Below are positions 26,908 to 27,602 of a stretch of DNA of 27,602 nt, in pieces (within the stretch, counting starts at the first letter, position 1; each line of letters opens with the position of its first letter). Source of the DNA: Actinomycetota bacterium (GTDB lineage Bacteria; Actinomycetota; Actinomycetes; S36-B12; UBA10799). The notes beneath the pieces were generated by a model. The model saw only the letters and a program-made list of their open reading frames with translations, was not told where the DNA came from and searched no databases. The stretch spans positions 1 to 27,602 of the forward strand of contig JAUPKO010000620.1 in NCBI GenBank assembly GCA_030837395.1. Direction: 5' to 3'. A program made the translations under genes and the position numbers.

Positions 26908-27602
26908 CCTACCAGTCCCCCTCGTTGACCCTGCCCGGGGCGGTGCCGCCCCCCGAGTCGGCGATGGATCAAGGCGTGCCCTGGCATTACGGCGAGCCTC
27001 ACGTCGAGCAGCGGCGGCTGACCGGCGGGCGCGGCGCCGTCGACCAGTCCCACCTCGCAGTCGTGGCGGTCACCGGTGCCGACCGCCGCAGTTGGCTGCA
27101 CTCGTTGACCTCGGCGGACCTCGCCGCGCTACCCCCGGGCGGTTCGGCCACCGCGCTGATCCTCGACCCGCACGGGCACGTCGAGCATGAACTGCACGTG
27201 ATCGACGACGGCACCACTGCCTGGCTGATCGTCGAGCCGGGGTCGGCGGCTGCGCTCATCGGCTACCTGGACCGGATGCGCTTCATGCTCGACGTGGCCG
27301 TGCGCGACGCCACCGCCGAGCAGGCGGTGATCTGGCTGCCCAGTCGCACGTCTCACCTGACGTACCCCACCTGGTTGGTGCCGGCCGAGTTCGCCGGCAC
27401 CGGGGTGACGCCGGCCGGCGAGGACCGTGGCGGTGATGCCGGCAAGTACGTCGGTGCGCGGCCGGGGACACTGATGGGGTCGCAGATCCTGGTCCCGACC
27501 GAGAGCCTGACGGCTGTCCTGGCCGAGGCGGGCGAGCCTGCCGGATCCTGGGCGCTGGAGGCCCTGCGGGTGGCGGCGGCCATGCCCCGGCTCGGCTGCG
27601 AA
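26904..27602 (+). CDS. ygfZ: YgfZ/GcvT-like folate-binding protein, partial (runs off the window end; absent from ORF track)
   Basis: ATG 26904 (ATGA overlap) opens a stop-free frame: WHYGEPHVEQR, VDQSHLAVVAVTGADRRSWLHSLTS, LILDPHGHVEH, YLDRMRFML, EALRVAAAMPRLG. Confidence 0.9.
   Translation, partial: MTYQSPSLTLPGAVPPPESAMDQGVPWHYGEPHVEQRRLTGGRGAVDQSHLAVVAVTGADRRSWLHSLTSADLAALPPGGSATALILDPHGHVEHELHVIDDGTTAWLIVEPGSAAALIGYLDRMRFMLDVAVRDATAEQAVIWLPSRTSHLTYPTWLVPAEFAGTGVTPAGEDRGGDAGKYVGARPGTLMGSQILVPTESLTAVLAEAGEPAGSWALEALRVAAAMPRLGCE

Overview
High-GC actinobacterial chromosomal window, mostly conserved core. Left to right: a secreted clan GH-A glycoside hydrolase with a C-terminal FN3 domain; a minus-strand ybdK-like ligase / M20 amidohydrolase / PfkB kinase operon; a tRNA-Glu/Asp/Phe cluster; DUF805; a formate/nitrite transporter; an acyl-CoA synthetase; a membrane-anchored metzincin; glpD; the minus-strand phosphate block mshD-ppk1-CYTH/CHAD-mutT1-pstSCAB; then glnR, a thioredoxin (ThiX-like), an inserted repeat-containing L,D-transpeptidase-family gene, DUF4395, DsrE, an unannotated 31-aa membrane peptide, nitrobindin, a Nur-like Fur regulator and a partial ygfZ. 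The most notable signal is that two genes split in the ORF track (ppk1 and the thioredoxin) are each one continuous frame broken by a single in-frame TAG. TAG is a normal stop in seven other genes here, and the ppk1 TAG lies in a patch of other suspicious substitutions, so sequence error or pseudogenisation is at least as likely as readthrough. Other points: several leaderless-type promoters, 11-bp-periodic PHO-box-like repeats before pstS, an RBS-occluding hairpin before the hydrolase, and a possible relic of a Cys-attenuator leader at the end of DUF4395. No mobile element, CRISPR array or rRNA was seen. Family assignments come from motif recognition and memory, not database searches.
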